DNA of 64,000 nt, from positions 32,001 through 96,000 of the forward strand of contig CAWJKV010000005.1 in NCBI GenBank assembly GCA_963843555.1. Direction: 5' to 3'. The notes beneath the pieces were generated by a model. That model searched no databases and was not told the DNA's origin. It worked only from the letters and a program-made list of their open reading frames with translations. Positions 20,377 to 30,600 of this stretch are shown here, piece after piece (the stretch's first letter is position 1; the number at the start of each line of letters is the position of its first letter). The DNA is from an uncultured Methanosarcinales archaeon (GTDB taxonomy: Archaea; Halobacteriota; Methanosarcinia; Methanotrichales; Methanotrichaceae). The position numbers and the translations under genes are program-made.

Positions 20377-22137
20377 TTAAACTTCCTCAACAGGATAATA
20401 GTACTCGCCCTGATCCTTTTGCATCCTATCCAGACGGGACTCCGGTTTGTTAACCCTTGGCCTGCGTGTCTCCTCATCACGCCTGAATGTTATACCGATC
20501 CCCTTCAGGAAGGCATTCATGCCCTCCCGCATCTCTAGAGGGGTGTGGGCTATTCCCAGGGTTCCGGGAATGCCGTCAAAGACCATCAAACGCTCACTGA
20601 GCAGGTCAATGAGATAGATGTCATGGTCCACCACAAGAACGGTCTTCTCTGTGGACTCGGCGAAGCGCCTCATGACCTTGGCTGCCAGCATTCTCTGCTC
20701 CACATCCAGATGGGCGGACGGCTCATCCAGCAGATAGAGGTCTGCTTCCCGGCTGAGGCATGCAGTTATGGCCACACGCTGCAGCTCGCCTCCGGACAGC
20801 TCTGTCAGAATCTGGTCCATAAAAGGCTCCAGGCCCATGGGCTTCAGGATCTCGGCCTGATAGTAACTGCTGTCGAAGTCGCGGGTCACGCTGCGCAGCA
20901 GGCTCCGCACAGTCATATCGGAGTCTGCCTTGAGGTACTGGGGCTTGTAGGATATCTTGAGCTGGCTATCAAAATCACCCCACGTGGGCTTCTCCACACC
21001 GGCCAGGACCTTGATATATGTACTCTTTCCGATTCCGTTTGGTCCCAGTATGCCCACCACCTCTCCGCGGCGAATGATGCCGGGCTCGGCCTCAAGCCGG
21101 AATGATGAATACTGCATGGCAAATGCGTTGTAGGCAATGAGCGTGGGGATCTCCTTTTCTATCCTTGGAGCATGCACCTCAAAGCTGATGGAGGTATCGC
21201 GGAACCGCACGTTCTCTTCTGGCAGGTTGCCCCGCAGGTACTGGTTGATGCCCACCCGTACCCCTTTGGGCCTGGTTATGACTCCGTAGGCTCCGGGAAC
21301 GCCGTAAATGAGATGAACATTATCTGCCAGAAGATCGAGCAACGCCAGGTCGTGCTCCACCACCATGACCGCCTTTTCTTTGGCCAGGCTCTGCAAGATG
21401 CGAGCGGAGTTGATGCGCTGGTAAATATCAAGATACGGGCTTATCTCATCGAAGAAATAGAAATCCGCGTCCCGCGCCGCCGTGGCTGCGATGGCGACCC
21501 GCTGCAGCTCGCCACCGCTGAGGCTCGATATCTCCCGATCCATCAACGTTGATATGGAAAGCTGTGCAGTCAGATCCTTTAAAGCACCCCGCTCATCGGT
21601 CTTTTCCAGGAGACCGGAAACCATTCCCGAATAGCTCTTAGGGATGCGGTCCACATACTGAGGCTTATAAGAGGTCTTGACACCCTTATCCACTACCCGT
21701 CTCAGGTAGTCTCCCAGGATTGAGCCTGCAAAACGCTGCAATACATCATCCCAGGAGGCATTCTTTCCCAGGTTTGGCCTGAGGATGCCGGAGAGTATGG
21801 ATATGGCCGTGCTCTTTCCTATGCCGTTGGGGCCCAATATTCCCGTGACCCGGCCATCAACCGGCACAGGCAAACCATATAGCGCGAAGCCGTTCTGGCC
21901 GTATCTGTGAACTGGATCCTCCATCTCTTCAGGCAGGTTGGTGATGGTGATTGCCCCAAAGGGGCATTTACGCACACAAATACCGCAGCCTACACAGAGA
22001 TTTTCGGTTATGAGAGGCTTGCTATCCAAAAAGACGATGGTCTCATCGCCAGTACGAACAGGCGGGCAGAAGTACTCGCATTCCTTGGAACACTTTCTGG
22101 GCTGGCAGCGATCGCGATTTATGATGGCTATCCTCAT
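20377..22137 (-). CDS. rli: ABCE1/RLI ribosome recycling ATPase
   Basis: N-terminal Fe-S cysteines (C.P.KC...C...CP, CVGCGICV.KCP); two GPNGIGKST and two LSGGELQR. Confidence 0.97.
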   Translation of the reverse strand: MRIAIINRDRCQPRKCSKECEYFCPPVRTGDETIVFLDSKPLITENLCVGCGICVRKCPFGAITITNLPEEMEDPVHRYGQNGFALYGLPVPVDGRVTGILGPNGIGKSTAISILSGILRPNLGKNASWDDVLQRFAGSILGDYLRRVVDKGVKTSYKPQYVDRIPKSYSGMVSGLLEKTDERGALKDLTAQLSISTLMDREISSLSGGELQRVAIAATAARDADFYFFDEISPYLDIYQRINSARILQSLAKEKAVMVVEHDLALLDLLADNVHLIYGVPGAYGVITRPKGVRVGINQYLRGNLPEENVRFRDTSISFEVHAPRIEKEIPTLIAYNAFAMQYSSFRLEAEPGIIRRGEVVGILGPNGIGKSTYIKVLAGVEKPTWGDFDSQLKISYKPQYLKADSDMTVRSLLRSVTRDFDSSYYQAEILKPMGLEPFMDQILTELSGGELQRVAITACLSREADLYLLDEPSAHLDVEQRMLAAKVMRRFAESTEKTVLVVDHDIYLIDLLSERLMVFDGIPGTLGIAHTPLEMREGMNAFLKGIGITFRRDEETRRPRVNKPESRLDRMQKDQGEYYYPVEEV

Positions 22138-22144
22138 ATTTACC

Positions 22145-22570
22145 TCAGTTCAGAAGGATTGTCCATGTAACCAGCCAGAGGGCTACCATAATAAACTCCA
22201 CATAGAGCCAGTCTTTGTTTTTAAAGCTTGCCGCGTCTACCTTCAGGAAGGGGTAGGTGAACTTTTGAATGAGGGCGGTGACAAGGATTACAGATATCAT
22301 TACAAAATGCCAGGAGAGGTCGCCTATTTGCCAGTGGTTTTCCCCAACTTCACCTGCTACAAAATAGCAGGCAAAGCCCGCTATGACTCCCAGAACTGCG
22401 GGATATACTGTCTTTATTATTCCATCTATGCGGTCTTTTCTACGCTCGGCTTCGCTCTTGGGCTTGGCTTTGGGCGGCGCTTTGGCGATGCGTTCATTCT
22501 GATTTTCCTGGGATCCTGCGCCAGGCCCTTGGGTATCCTTATTACCAGCCTTCTTTCCTTTCTTGGCCAT
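22145..22570 (-). CDS. EMC6-like archaeal membrane protein
   Basis: Three TM segments with F..KDWLY..F....W.V.WTILLN; start at MAKKGKK inferred. Confidence 0.7.
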   Translation of the reverse strand: MAKKGKKAGNKDTQGPGAGSQENQNERIAKAPPKAKPKSEAERRKDRIDGIIKTVYPAVLGVIAGFACYFVAGEVGENHWQIGDLSWHFVMISVILVTALIQKFTYPFLKVDAASFKNKDWLYVEFIMVALWLVTWTILLN

Positions 22571-22652
22571 CGAACCCTTGGATTGCATTATATGATAATA
22601 GCGTTTTGGTCCGGGAAAAGTCCAAGTACTATAACTTTCAAGAGCCAATCAT

Positions 22653-23108
22653 GTGTATGTCGTAGCGGACGCCTCAGTATTCATCTGGGGCAAAAGACCG
22701 GAGGGGGAGCTGATCACCGTCCCGGCAGTTGAGGCGGAGCTAAAGGATATAAGAACAAAATCGAGGCTCTACCTCTTCGAGGCACGGGTGGAGAGCCCCT
22801 CATCCCAGGCGCTGAAAGCGGCACGCAACGCAGCCGCAGAGACCGGCGACCTAAAAGCTTTGTCTCCCGCCGATCTGGAGGTTCTGGCTAAGGCCCTGGA
22901 GTATAGAGCCGTTCTCGCTACCGACGATTACGCTCTGCAAAACGTCGCTCTTCACCTCGGCCTGAAGATCGAGCCTATTGGACAGCCCCGGATAAAAAGA
23001 AAGATAAAACACGTCCAGAGGTGTCATGGCTGCGGTCATAGCTTCGAGGGGGAAGCATGTCCTGATTGCGGAACTCCTGCCCGAAAGAAAAAGAGGTGCA
23101 TAAGATGA
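22653..23108 (+). CDS. nob1: Nob1 PIN endonuclease
   Basis: VADASVFI, TGD...LSPADLEVLA, TDDYALQNVA, C-terminal CHGC...CPDCG. Confidence 0.92.
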   Translation: MYVVADASVFIWGKRPEGELITVPAVEAELKDIRTKSRLYLFEARVESPSSQALKAARNAAAETGDLKALSPADLEVLAKALEYRAVLATDDYALQNVALHLGLKIEPIGQPRIKRKIKHVQRCHGCGHSFEGEACPDCGTPARKKKRCIR

Positions 23109-23722
23109 AGAATATTGAGACTTTGATGAAGAAAGCAACGGAATTGAAGGCGGAAGGGCTGGTAGAAGGTCAGATCTCGGAAGAGCTGAATGTCTCCAGC
23201 GAGACTGTGACCTGGCTTCTTACTCATGCTGAGAAGACGAGCACCACTCCCGGGCCCAAGGATATTTCCGTGGACTGGTCGATGATCGGCAAGAGCGCCT
23301 TCCGGCTGAGCCATATCTCTGAAGCCCTCTCCGATATCATCTATGAGACTCTGGACGCCAACGATTGTGGTGTGGATGTCGTGGTGGGCATTGCTCTATC
23401 CGGCCTGCCCCTGGCGAGCATGGTGGCCAATGATCTGGCGGCAGAGCTGGCCGTCTACACTCCCAGCAAGCAGATGCTGACCAGGGAGAGCAAGAAAGCG
23501 CGCGGCAACCTGAGCTCCAACTTCTCGGATGTCAAGGACAAGGAATGCATCATCATCGATGATGTGGTGACCACCGGCGAGACTCTGGAAGAGACTGTCG
23601 AGTATCTGGATGAGCACGGGGCCAAGATCAATGCCATCGCCGTCCTGATCGATAAGAAGGGCACGGACGAGATCGCAGGAGTGCCTGTGGTCTCGCTCTT
23701 GAAGGTTATCAGGGTAAACTAG
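23105..23722 (+). CDS. PyrE-like protein with N-terminal HTH (GfcR family)
   Basis: GQISEELNVSSETVTWLL HTH; PRPP-binding motif IIIDDVVTTGET. Confidence 0.85.
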   Translation: MKNIETLMKKATELKAEGLVEGQISEELNVSSETVTWLLTHAEKTSTTPGPKDISVDWSMIGKSAFRLSHISEALSDIIYETLDANDCGVDVVVGIALSGLPLASMVANDLAAELAVYTPSKQMLTRESKKARGNLSSNFSDVKDKECIIIDDVVTTGETLEETVEYLDEHGAKINAIAVLIDKKGTDEIAGVPVVSLLKVIRVN

Positions 23723-23845
23723 ATACTAGCCGAAAAAAAGGATGGCCGGAGACCGAGCGGCCATTCACACTCATTTCTCGACTTTCTTCTCCTTTGGAAA
23801 GCCTTTTAGCATTCCTGCTCATTCTTTCGGAAAAAGCTGATTCAC

Positions 23846-26583
23846 ATGTTCTCCGAGGATGAATATCGATTGGACTTCTTCGTGGATGAGGGATTCCAAC
23901 GCAAGAAGTGCGAGAAATGCGGCAAATTCTTCTGGACCAGGGACGGCGCTAGAAAGACCTGCGGGGACCCGCCCTGCGATCCCTATACCTTTATTGGCTC
24001 GCCCATATTCAAGCGCGAGCACAGTCTGGACGAGATGCGCGAGCACTACCTCAGCTTCTTTGAGGCCCGAGGCCATGCTCGCATCAAGAGGTATCCGGTG
24101 GTGGCCCGCTGGCGGGACGACATCTATCTGACCATCGCCTCCATCGCCGACTTCCAGCCCTTTGTGACCTCCGGACAGGTGCCGCCGCCCGCCAACCCCC
24201 TGACCATCAGCCAGCCCTGCATCCGGCTGGACGACCTCGATTCGGTGGGGCGCAGCGGACGGCATCTCACGACCTTCGAGATGATGGCCCACCACGTCTT
24301 CAACACCCGCGAGAAAGAGCATTACTGGAAGGATCGGACAGTTCAGTTATGCGATGAGCTGCTGGTGGGCCTGGGGATGGACCCTCTGGCTGTGACCTAC
24401 AAGGAGAATCCCTGGGCAGGCGGAGGGAATGCCGGCCCCAGCGTGGAGGTCATGATCGGCGGCCTGGAGCTGGCGACGCTTGTCTTCATGGACCTGAAAG
24501 CCACGCCCGGGGGCGCCATCGAGATCAAAGGCGAGCGCTATGAGAAGATGAACAACTACATCGTGGACACCGGCTACGGCCTGGAGAGGTTCGTCTGGGC
24601 CTCCAAAGGCTCGCCCACCATTTACGACGCCATCTTTCCGGATCTGGTCAGAAAGGTGGCGGACCTGGCAGGCGTCGAGCACAATCTATCGGATCCGGAG
24701 TATGCCGAGATCTTCGCCCAGAACGCCCGGCTGGCGGGCATGGTGGACCTGGACGAGTATTCAGATGAAGGATCTGCGGACGAAGATTGCGGGCAGCATC
24801 GGCATCTCGCCTGAGAAGCTGGAGAAGACCATCGAGCCCATGGAACGCATCTATGCCGTGGTCGATCACACTCGCTGCCTGGCCTACATGCTGGGCGACG
24901 GCATCATTCCCTCCAATGTCAAGGCCGGCTACCTGGCCCGTCTGGTCATTCGCCGCACTCTGAGGCTGATGAAGGAGCTGGGATTGTCTCTGCCACTGGC
25001 AGAATCTGGTCGAGATGCAGATCGCGCGGCTGGACTACTCCGACTGGCAGGAGCGCTTCGTCACCATCAAGGAGATCCTGGACCAGGAGGAGCAGAAGTA
25101 CGCTGAGACCCTGGAGAAGGGGATAAGCGCTGGTCAAGAAGACGGCCGAGAGCTACTTCAGAAAGTTGCAGCCCATACCGCTGGTCGGAGATGATCTCCC
25201 TTTACGATACGCACGGCATTCCTCCTGAGATCGCTCGCGAGTCGGCAGAGGAGATGGGGGCATCTGTGGAGCTGCCGGACAATTTCTATTCACTGGTGGC
25301 CAAGAAGCACATCCGGGCGGAGGCTGAGGACGCTGCCAAAGCAGTCCTTCCCGGCAAGACGGAGCTGATGTTTTACGAGCATCCCTTCGAGCAGGTCTTC
25401 GAGGCACAGGTTCTGGATGTGGTGGACGGAGTCGGTCATCCTGGACAGGACGCTCCTCTATCCCGAGGGCGGCGGCCAGCCTGCTGATCACGGCACTCTG
25501 GAGAAGGGAGGCCAGGTCTTCTCGGTAGTGGATGTGCAAAAGTCGGGAGATGTGGTGCTGCATAAGCTGGAGCAGTCGGAAGGGCTGGTGAAGGGAGACC
25601 GCGTCACCGGGAGGGTGGACATGCGCCGCCGGCTGGCGCATGCGCGTCACCATACGGCAACGCATCTGGTCCACGACTCTGCGAAGCGCGTTTTGGGCAA
25701 GCACGTCTGGCAGGCCGGAGCCCAGAAGAGCGAGGACCGGGCCCGTCTGGACATATCCCATTACAAGCGCATCACAGATCTGGAGCTGAAGGCCATAGAG
25801 CTGGAGGCTAACCGGCGGGTGATGGAGATCGAGCCCGTGGATACCCAGTTCCTGCCCCGCACCGAGGCTGAGAAGCTCTTCGGCTTTGAGCTGTACCAGG
25901 GAGGCGTGCCGCCCGGAACGATCGATTCGGGTGGTGCACGTGGGCAGCGATATCGAGGCCTGCGCGGGAACGCACGTCACCAACACCGGCATGATCGGGG
26001 CCATCAAGATCCTGCGCGCCGAGCGCATTCAGGACGGCGTGGAGAGGATCGAGTTTGCCGCAGGCGAGGCGGCTGTGCGGGCCGGCCAGGGAGCGCGATG
26101 ACCTGCTCTGCGGGAGCGGCGGACGTATTGCGCGTGCCGAACGAACAGCTTCCCAAGACTGCGACGCGTTTCTTCGAGGAGTGGAAGAGCCAGCAAAAGG
26201 AGATCGAGCGGCTGAAGGAGGACTTGGCAAAGGCGCGGCTCAAGACGCTGACGGCCGATGCCGAAAGCATCGACGGCCTCAAGGTCGTGGTGCAGAAGAT
26301 GGGCAGCGCCGACATCGAGGAGCTGCTCAAGGCGGCGGCGCTGCTGGCGGAGCAGGACTGCGTTGCGCTGCTGGGCAGCGAGACGGGCAAGCTCGTGGCG
26401 GCCGTAGGCCGGTCGGGCCTGGCGAAGGGCGTCAAGGCGGGGAGCATCATCAAGGCGGCGGCGAAGCAGTTGGGCGGGGGTGGCGGAGGCAAGCCGGACC
26501 TGGCGCAGGGCGGAGGGCCCAATGTGGAGAAGCTGGACGAGGCCCTGGCTGCGGGAAGAGAGGCGATGAGGGCGGGGGCGTAA
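23846..26583 (+). CDS. alaS: Alanyl-tRNA synthetase (several apparent frameshifts)
   Basis: [78 protein letters not shown]. Confidence 0.96.
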
Positions 26584-26717
26584 GGCCTCTGTCCATATCC
26601 ACTAGAAATGATTCTACAGCATTGAGTGTGGAATATTGGTGAATGTGGGTAATCAACGACACTGTGCTTTTCGAGCTATCCTCACATTTATATCAAAAGA
26701 GAATCAATAGCATCTAC

Positions 26718-26966
26718 GTGAATAATGAAAACCTGCTGGAACGGATCACCATCAATCCCAAAGTAATGGTTGGCAAACCCGTCATCCAGGGCACAAGGCT
26801 TACCGTGGAGTACATCCTGGGACTACTGGCTCATGGCACCACCATGGAGGAGATCATGGTGGAGTATCCCGGCCTGGTGAAGGACGATATCTATGCCTGT
26901 CTCCTCTTTGCCTCCAAGACCCTTCAAGATGCCTCCTTTATTCCCATCAAGGCTGAGGCCGTTTAG
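26718..26966 (+). CDS. DUF433 antitoxin-like protein
   Basis: RITINPKVMVGKPVIQGTRLTVEYIL..LA.G....EI..EYPGL..DDIYACL.FA. Confidence 0.92.
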   Translation: MNNENLLERITINPKVMVGKPVIQGTRLTVEYILGLLAHGTTMEEIMVEYPGLVKDDIYACLLFASKTLQDASFIPIKAEAV

Positions 26967-27326
26967 ATGCGATTTCTGGTTGACGAGTGCGTGGGCCCTT
27001 CCGTCGTGCGCTGGCTGCGCATGAACAACCATGACGCCACCTCTGCTTACGAGGATTGCCGGGGGTGGGAAGATGAGAGCATACTCGAAAAAGCCTACTC
27101 GGAAGGGCGCATAGTAGTAACCATGGATAAGGATTTTGGAGATATGGTTTTTCGAATGAAATTGCCTCATCGCGGGATTATACTGCTTCGCAGCGCATAC
27201 TGCGGCCCATCCGAAAAGATCTCGATGATGGAAAAGGTTCTTTCCTTACCTGAATCGGATCTGTCAGGTCGCTTCGTCGTGGTTACAGAAACTGCGATCA
27301 GAATCTCGGGATCTATCATTGATTAG
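26967..27326 (+). CDS. DUF5615 PIN-like toxin
   Basis: MRFLVDECV, D..IL..A..EGRIVVT.DKDFG, H.GIILLR; abuts the DUF433 gene. Confidence 0.9.
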   Translation: MRFLVDECVGPSVVRWLRMNNHDATSAYEDCRGWEDESILEKAYSEGRIVVTMDKDFGDMVFRMKLPHRGIILLRSAYCGPSEKISMMEKVLSLPESDLSGRFVVVTETAIRISGSIID

Positions 27327-27350
27327 ACAATCCTCACGTATAAGAAGCGC

Positions 27351-27593
27351 TAGCAGAAGGAAATCACGAAGCTAAAGAGCCTTATCGCCGTGGCCGAAAT
27401 TAAAGACGGTCTCAAGATCGTAGTGCTGAATATGGGCAGCGCTGACATCAAGGAACTGCTCAATGCGGCGGCGAAGCAGTTGGGCGGGGGTGGCGGAGGC
27501 AAGCCGGACCTGGCGCAGGGCGGAGGGCCCAATGTGGAGAAGTTGGACGAGGCCCTGGCCGCGGGAAGAGGGGCGATGAGGGCTGGGGCGTAG
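27351..27593 (+). pseudogene. Duplicated, internally deleted 3' end of alaS
   Basis: 27465-27593 is nearly identical to 26455-26583; upstream part matches QKEI and DGLK.VV..MGSADI.ELL of AlaS. Confidence 0.9.
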
Positions 27594-27653
27594 TCCTCGG
27601 TCTTCAAATTTCGGGCATTTAAGCCCTTAATGCCAATCCCATCCCCCAAAGTC

Positions 27654-28169
27654 CTATCTCTTCCCCTTGATCTCCTTCGCAATCTCCTCCACCAGTGCAT
27701 CCCTGTTCTCCAAAGTCACAGTTATCACCTTAAACGATCCCCGGATCTTCTTGGCCAGACGGTGATTGGACCACTCGTGCAGCACCACCAGCATGGGTTT
27801 TGGCGAGGCGATGGCCTTCTCCACCGCAGTGATGAACCTGCGGCTGGATAGCTCCATGGGACCTATCTCGTCTACGATGATGAGGTCGGAGTTCAATGCG
27901 TTCTCCACGGCTTGGGCCCCAACGCGGTCCAGGTCATCCAGGCGGACACGATACTTTCCCAGCTGGGGCCCATCCCCGGTCTCATCGGCCAGCATTCCAG
28001 TGGCCCCGGAGCCCAGGTCGAGGAGTTCAAAGCCGATGCGCCGGTCTTTGTAGCGCTTATCACGGGCCAAGACGCCGCCCACGCGCTCGCCCGATAGTGC
28101 CGCCACCTTCTGCACCAGGGTGGATTTGCCGATGCCGGGGTGACCTGTGACTGCAATTCTATGGACCAT
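27654..28169 (-). CDS. Nucleoside-triphosphatase, THEP1 family
   Basis: AVTGHPGIGKSTL, RIGF, GKYRV, IVDEIGPMEL, VTLENRD. Confidence 0.92.
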   Translation of the reverse strand: MVHRIAVTGHPGIGKSTLVQKVAALSGERVGGVLARDKRYKDRRIGFELLDLGSGATGMLADETGDGPQLGKYRVRLDDLDRVGAQAVENALNSDLIIVDEIGPMELSSRRFITAVEKAIASPKPMLVVLHEWSNHRLAKKIRGSFKVITVTLENRDALVEEIAKEIKGKR

Positions 28170-28590
28170 ACAGCTCCCTCATCCTCTCCACATAAAGGCT
28201 CAGGCTCTCTACGTCCTTTATCTCCTTTTTGACCAGCTTCTTGAGACGACAGCGTAGCTCGGCATCGGGGCGAGAGCCCACGGAGCGCAGGTGGTGCTCG
28301 ATATTCCTGGCCATCTCATCCCCTTTGCTGTCCCAGTCTGTGAGAAGGACAATCTCCGAGAAGTTCCGGGCGGCTTCCTCGGCCAGGTCCAGAGCCCTCC
28401 GGTGCGAGGCCATCATCACCGGCCCGGGCAGCCCCAAGGCTCGCAAGGCTATTTCGTCGTTCCTTCCCTCCACAATGATCGCAGCACCTTGAATTGAAGC
28501 CTCCAGGAGAGCGGCGATCAGCTCTTCCAGGGCCTCCAAATCATAAGTCCTCTTGGGACGGCTCTCTTGCGACGCTCTTCCCCAAACCAC
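28159..28590 (-). CDS. Toprim-domain protein (UPF0292-like)
   Basis: IIVEGRNDE.ALR.LG, LLTDWDSKG, KDVESL; start uncertain. Confidence 0.85.
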   Translation of the reverse strand: MVWGRASQESRPKRTYDLEALEELIAALLEASIQGAAIIVEGRNDEIALRALGLPGPVMMASHRRALDLAEEAARNFSEIVLLTDWDSKGDEMARNIEHHLRSVGSRPDAELRCRLKKLVKKEIKDVESLSLYVERMRELYGP

Positions 28591-28690
28591 TGTGTCTCCT
28601 GCTCAATTCCTGGATCTATTTTCTGAGTCTGTCCACCAGATCAATTCCTGGGGCCAAATTCATCGATTCATCCATTTGTATATTTCTACA

Positions 28691-29014
28691 TCAAAAATGG
28701 CTTAATATCGATTTCAAGATCATGACGACCTTATCCATTTCCTCGCCTTTCACTAGCAGAACCTTTCGCGCGTTTTTGTGGCCGCTCATAAGCTCAATAT
28801 CAGACTCGGAGATGCTCAAGACTCTGGCCAGCTCGGCCACAAGCTGGCGATTGGCTTTCCCTTTTGTCGCTTCCTCTGTCAACCGGGCCTCAAGAGATCG
28901 CCGCCAGGGGTTGAAGCCGGAGGGCACAGCCAGCCGGGAAGATCCGGGCACAACTTCAAAGCGGATGATGCAGCCAAGAGGGTGGTGCTCGACTGCTGGG
29001 CATGGGGCCATCAT
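28691..29014 (-). CDS. DUF167/YggU family protein
   Basis: EVVPGSS, A.KGKANRQL...L, IEL.SGHK..RK.LL. Confidence 0.88.
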   Translation of the reverse strand: MMAPCPAVEHHPLGCIIRFEVVPGSSRLAVPSGFNPWRRSLEARLTEEATKGKANRQLVAELARVLSISESDIELMSGHKNARKVLLVKGEEMDKVVMILKSILSHF

Positions 29015-29207
29015 TTTTAAATAGGCCTCCTGGGAGCTTAAAGTTTGTTGCCGGAGGGGCAGGATCACGAGGGTTGAAGGGGTGAAGCTAATCCATCCAT
29101 CATCATCTAAACTTGAATAATTTTTTAAAGCATGCAGGAGAGCTTTCCGGAAGGGAGCTTTTGGCAACAGGTTAAAATAGCGCCAGCGACGAAAGTCAAG
29201 AGGTTCG

Positions 29208-30566
29208 ATGAAGATCAAACAAATCGTCGTCCTGACAGGTCAAACCGAGGTGGCGAGTTCCATTCTTCCCGGCTTGGAGCAGCTTGGCCTGCAGATTTGT
29301 ATTCGAGATCGCTTTTCTTCTGGAAACGATGACCAAGAGAGCTTGTTGGTATGCGATTCTGGTTATGCAGAGACTCTGCCCGGCTCCGTTCTCATACGCC
29401 AGGCCTTGGGCAACGGATGCATCGTCCTTCTGGATGGCATGCAATGCCCTGCGGTTCTGGAGGAGATCAGAGAGACAGGTGGCCTTTCGTCGAAGACGAG
29501 AAATAACCTGGAGGCGTACGCCCTCTACAGGTGCCTGCAGAGCGATGGCGAAAGGCTGGCCGAATTGCAGTCCGGAGTGGACGGCCTGCCTCAATATGTG
29601 GCCACTGCCTACGAGAAGGTGCAGGACCTGCGCTATGGAGAGAACTGGCACCAGAAGGCGGCGCTGTACCGCAAAAAGAACGATCTGGGCCTGCCCGAAG
29701 CCCGGAAGCTCAACGGGCGGGAGATGTCCTACAACAATATGGTCGATGCGGAAACGGTATTGGAGATGCTCATCGACCTGTCGGAGTACGATGGAGCGCC
29801 CTCTCTGAAACCGCTTTCGGTCATTGTGAAGCATGCCAACCCCTGCGGTGTGGCCTATGGCAGCAGCCTTGCTGATGCCTATCGGCTCTCTTTTGCCACC
29901 GATCCCAAATCCGCATTCGGAGGCGTCATAGGCTTTAACCGAACAGTGGACGTGGACACGGCACAGGCCATAGGCGACGGCTTCGTGGAGGTTCTGCTGG
30001 CCCCAGGATTCGAGCCCGAAGCGCTGAAGCTGCTCACTGAGAAGAAGCCCAACCGCAGAGTACTGGATATAGGAGACCTGCTGCAAAGGAAGGAGGAGCT
30101 CTACATGGGCTACTACCAGAAAAGCATCTTCGGCGGCATGATGCTCCAGGATTATGATACCGGCGACATACAGGAGTGGAAGGTGGCGACCAAGAGACTT
30201 CCCACGGACACGGAGACCAGAGCCCTCCGTTTTGCCTGGAAGGTCGCCAAATATGTAAAATCCAACGCCCTGGTCTACACTACTGAGAATCAGACCATCG
30301 GCATAGGATCGGGCCAGGTGAGCCGCGTGGACTCAGCCCGCTTTGGAGCGGAGAAGGCGGAAGAGCATGGCCTGTCCACCCTGGGAACAGTGGCAGCCAC
30401 GGATTCATTCTTCCCCTTCCGGGACGGCCTGGATCAAACCTTCCAGGCGGGAGCTACAGCCGTAATTCATCCTGGCGGATCCATCCGGGATGCAGAGGTG
30501 ATAGATGCCGCCAACGAGCATGACATGGCCATGGTCTTCACGGGCATGCGCCACTTCAGGCACTAA
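29208..30566 (+). CDS. purH: PurH-like AICAR formyltransferase with degenerate N-terminal domain
   Basis: LRYGEN.HQKAALY, SYNN..D, KHANPCG, DPKSAFGG, KSNA, GQVSRVDS, DSFFPF.DG, PGGSIRD, TGMRHFRH. Confidence 0.92.
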   Translation: MKIKQIVVLTGQTEVASSILPGLEQLGLQICIRDRFSSGNDDQESLLVCDSGYAETLPGSVLIRQALGNGCIVLLDGMQCPAVLEEIRETGGLSSKTRNNLEAYALYRCLQSDGERLAELQSGVDGLPQYVATAYEKVQDLRYGENWHQKAALYRKKNDLGLPEARKLNGREMSYNNMVDAETVLEMLIDLSEYDGAPSLKPLSVIVKHANPCGVAYGSSLADAYRLSFATDPKSAFGGVIGFNRTVDVDTAQAIGDGFVEVLLAPGFEPEALKLLTEKKPNRRVLDIGDLLQRKEELYMGYYQKSIFGGMMLQDYDTGDIQEWKVATKRLPTDTETRALRFAWKVAKYVKSNALVYTTENQTIGIGSGQVSRVDSARFGAEKAEEHGLSTLGTVAATDSFFPFRDGLDQTFQAGATAVIHPGGSIRDAEVIDAANEHDMAMVFTGMRHFRH

Positions 30567-30600
30567 AACCGGTCCGAAGGCGCAGGCAAGGGCACCGTCA

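Noticed and set aside
5123..26583. cdc6, purC and alaS as true pseudogenes or programmed frameshifts
   Set aside because: Core genes with intact motifs and several scattered indels each; sequencing error is far more parsimonious.
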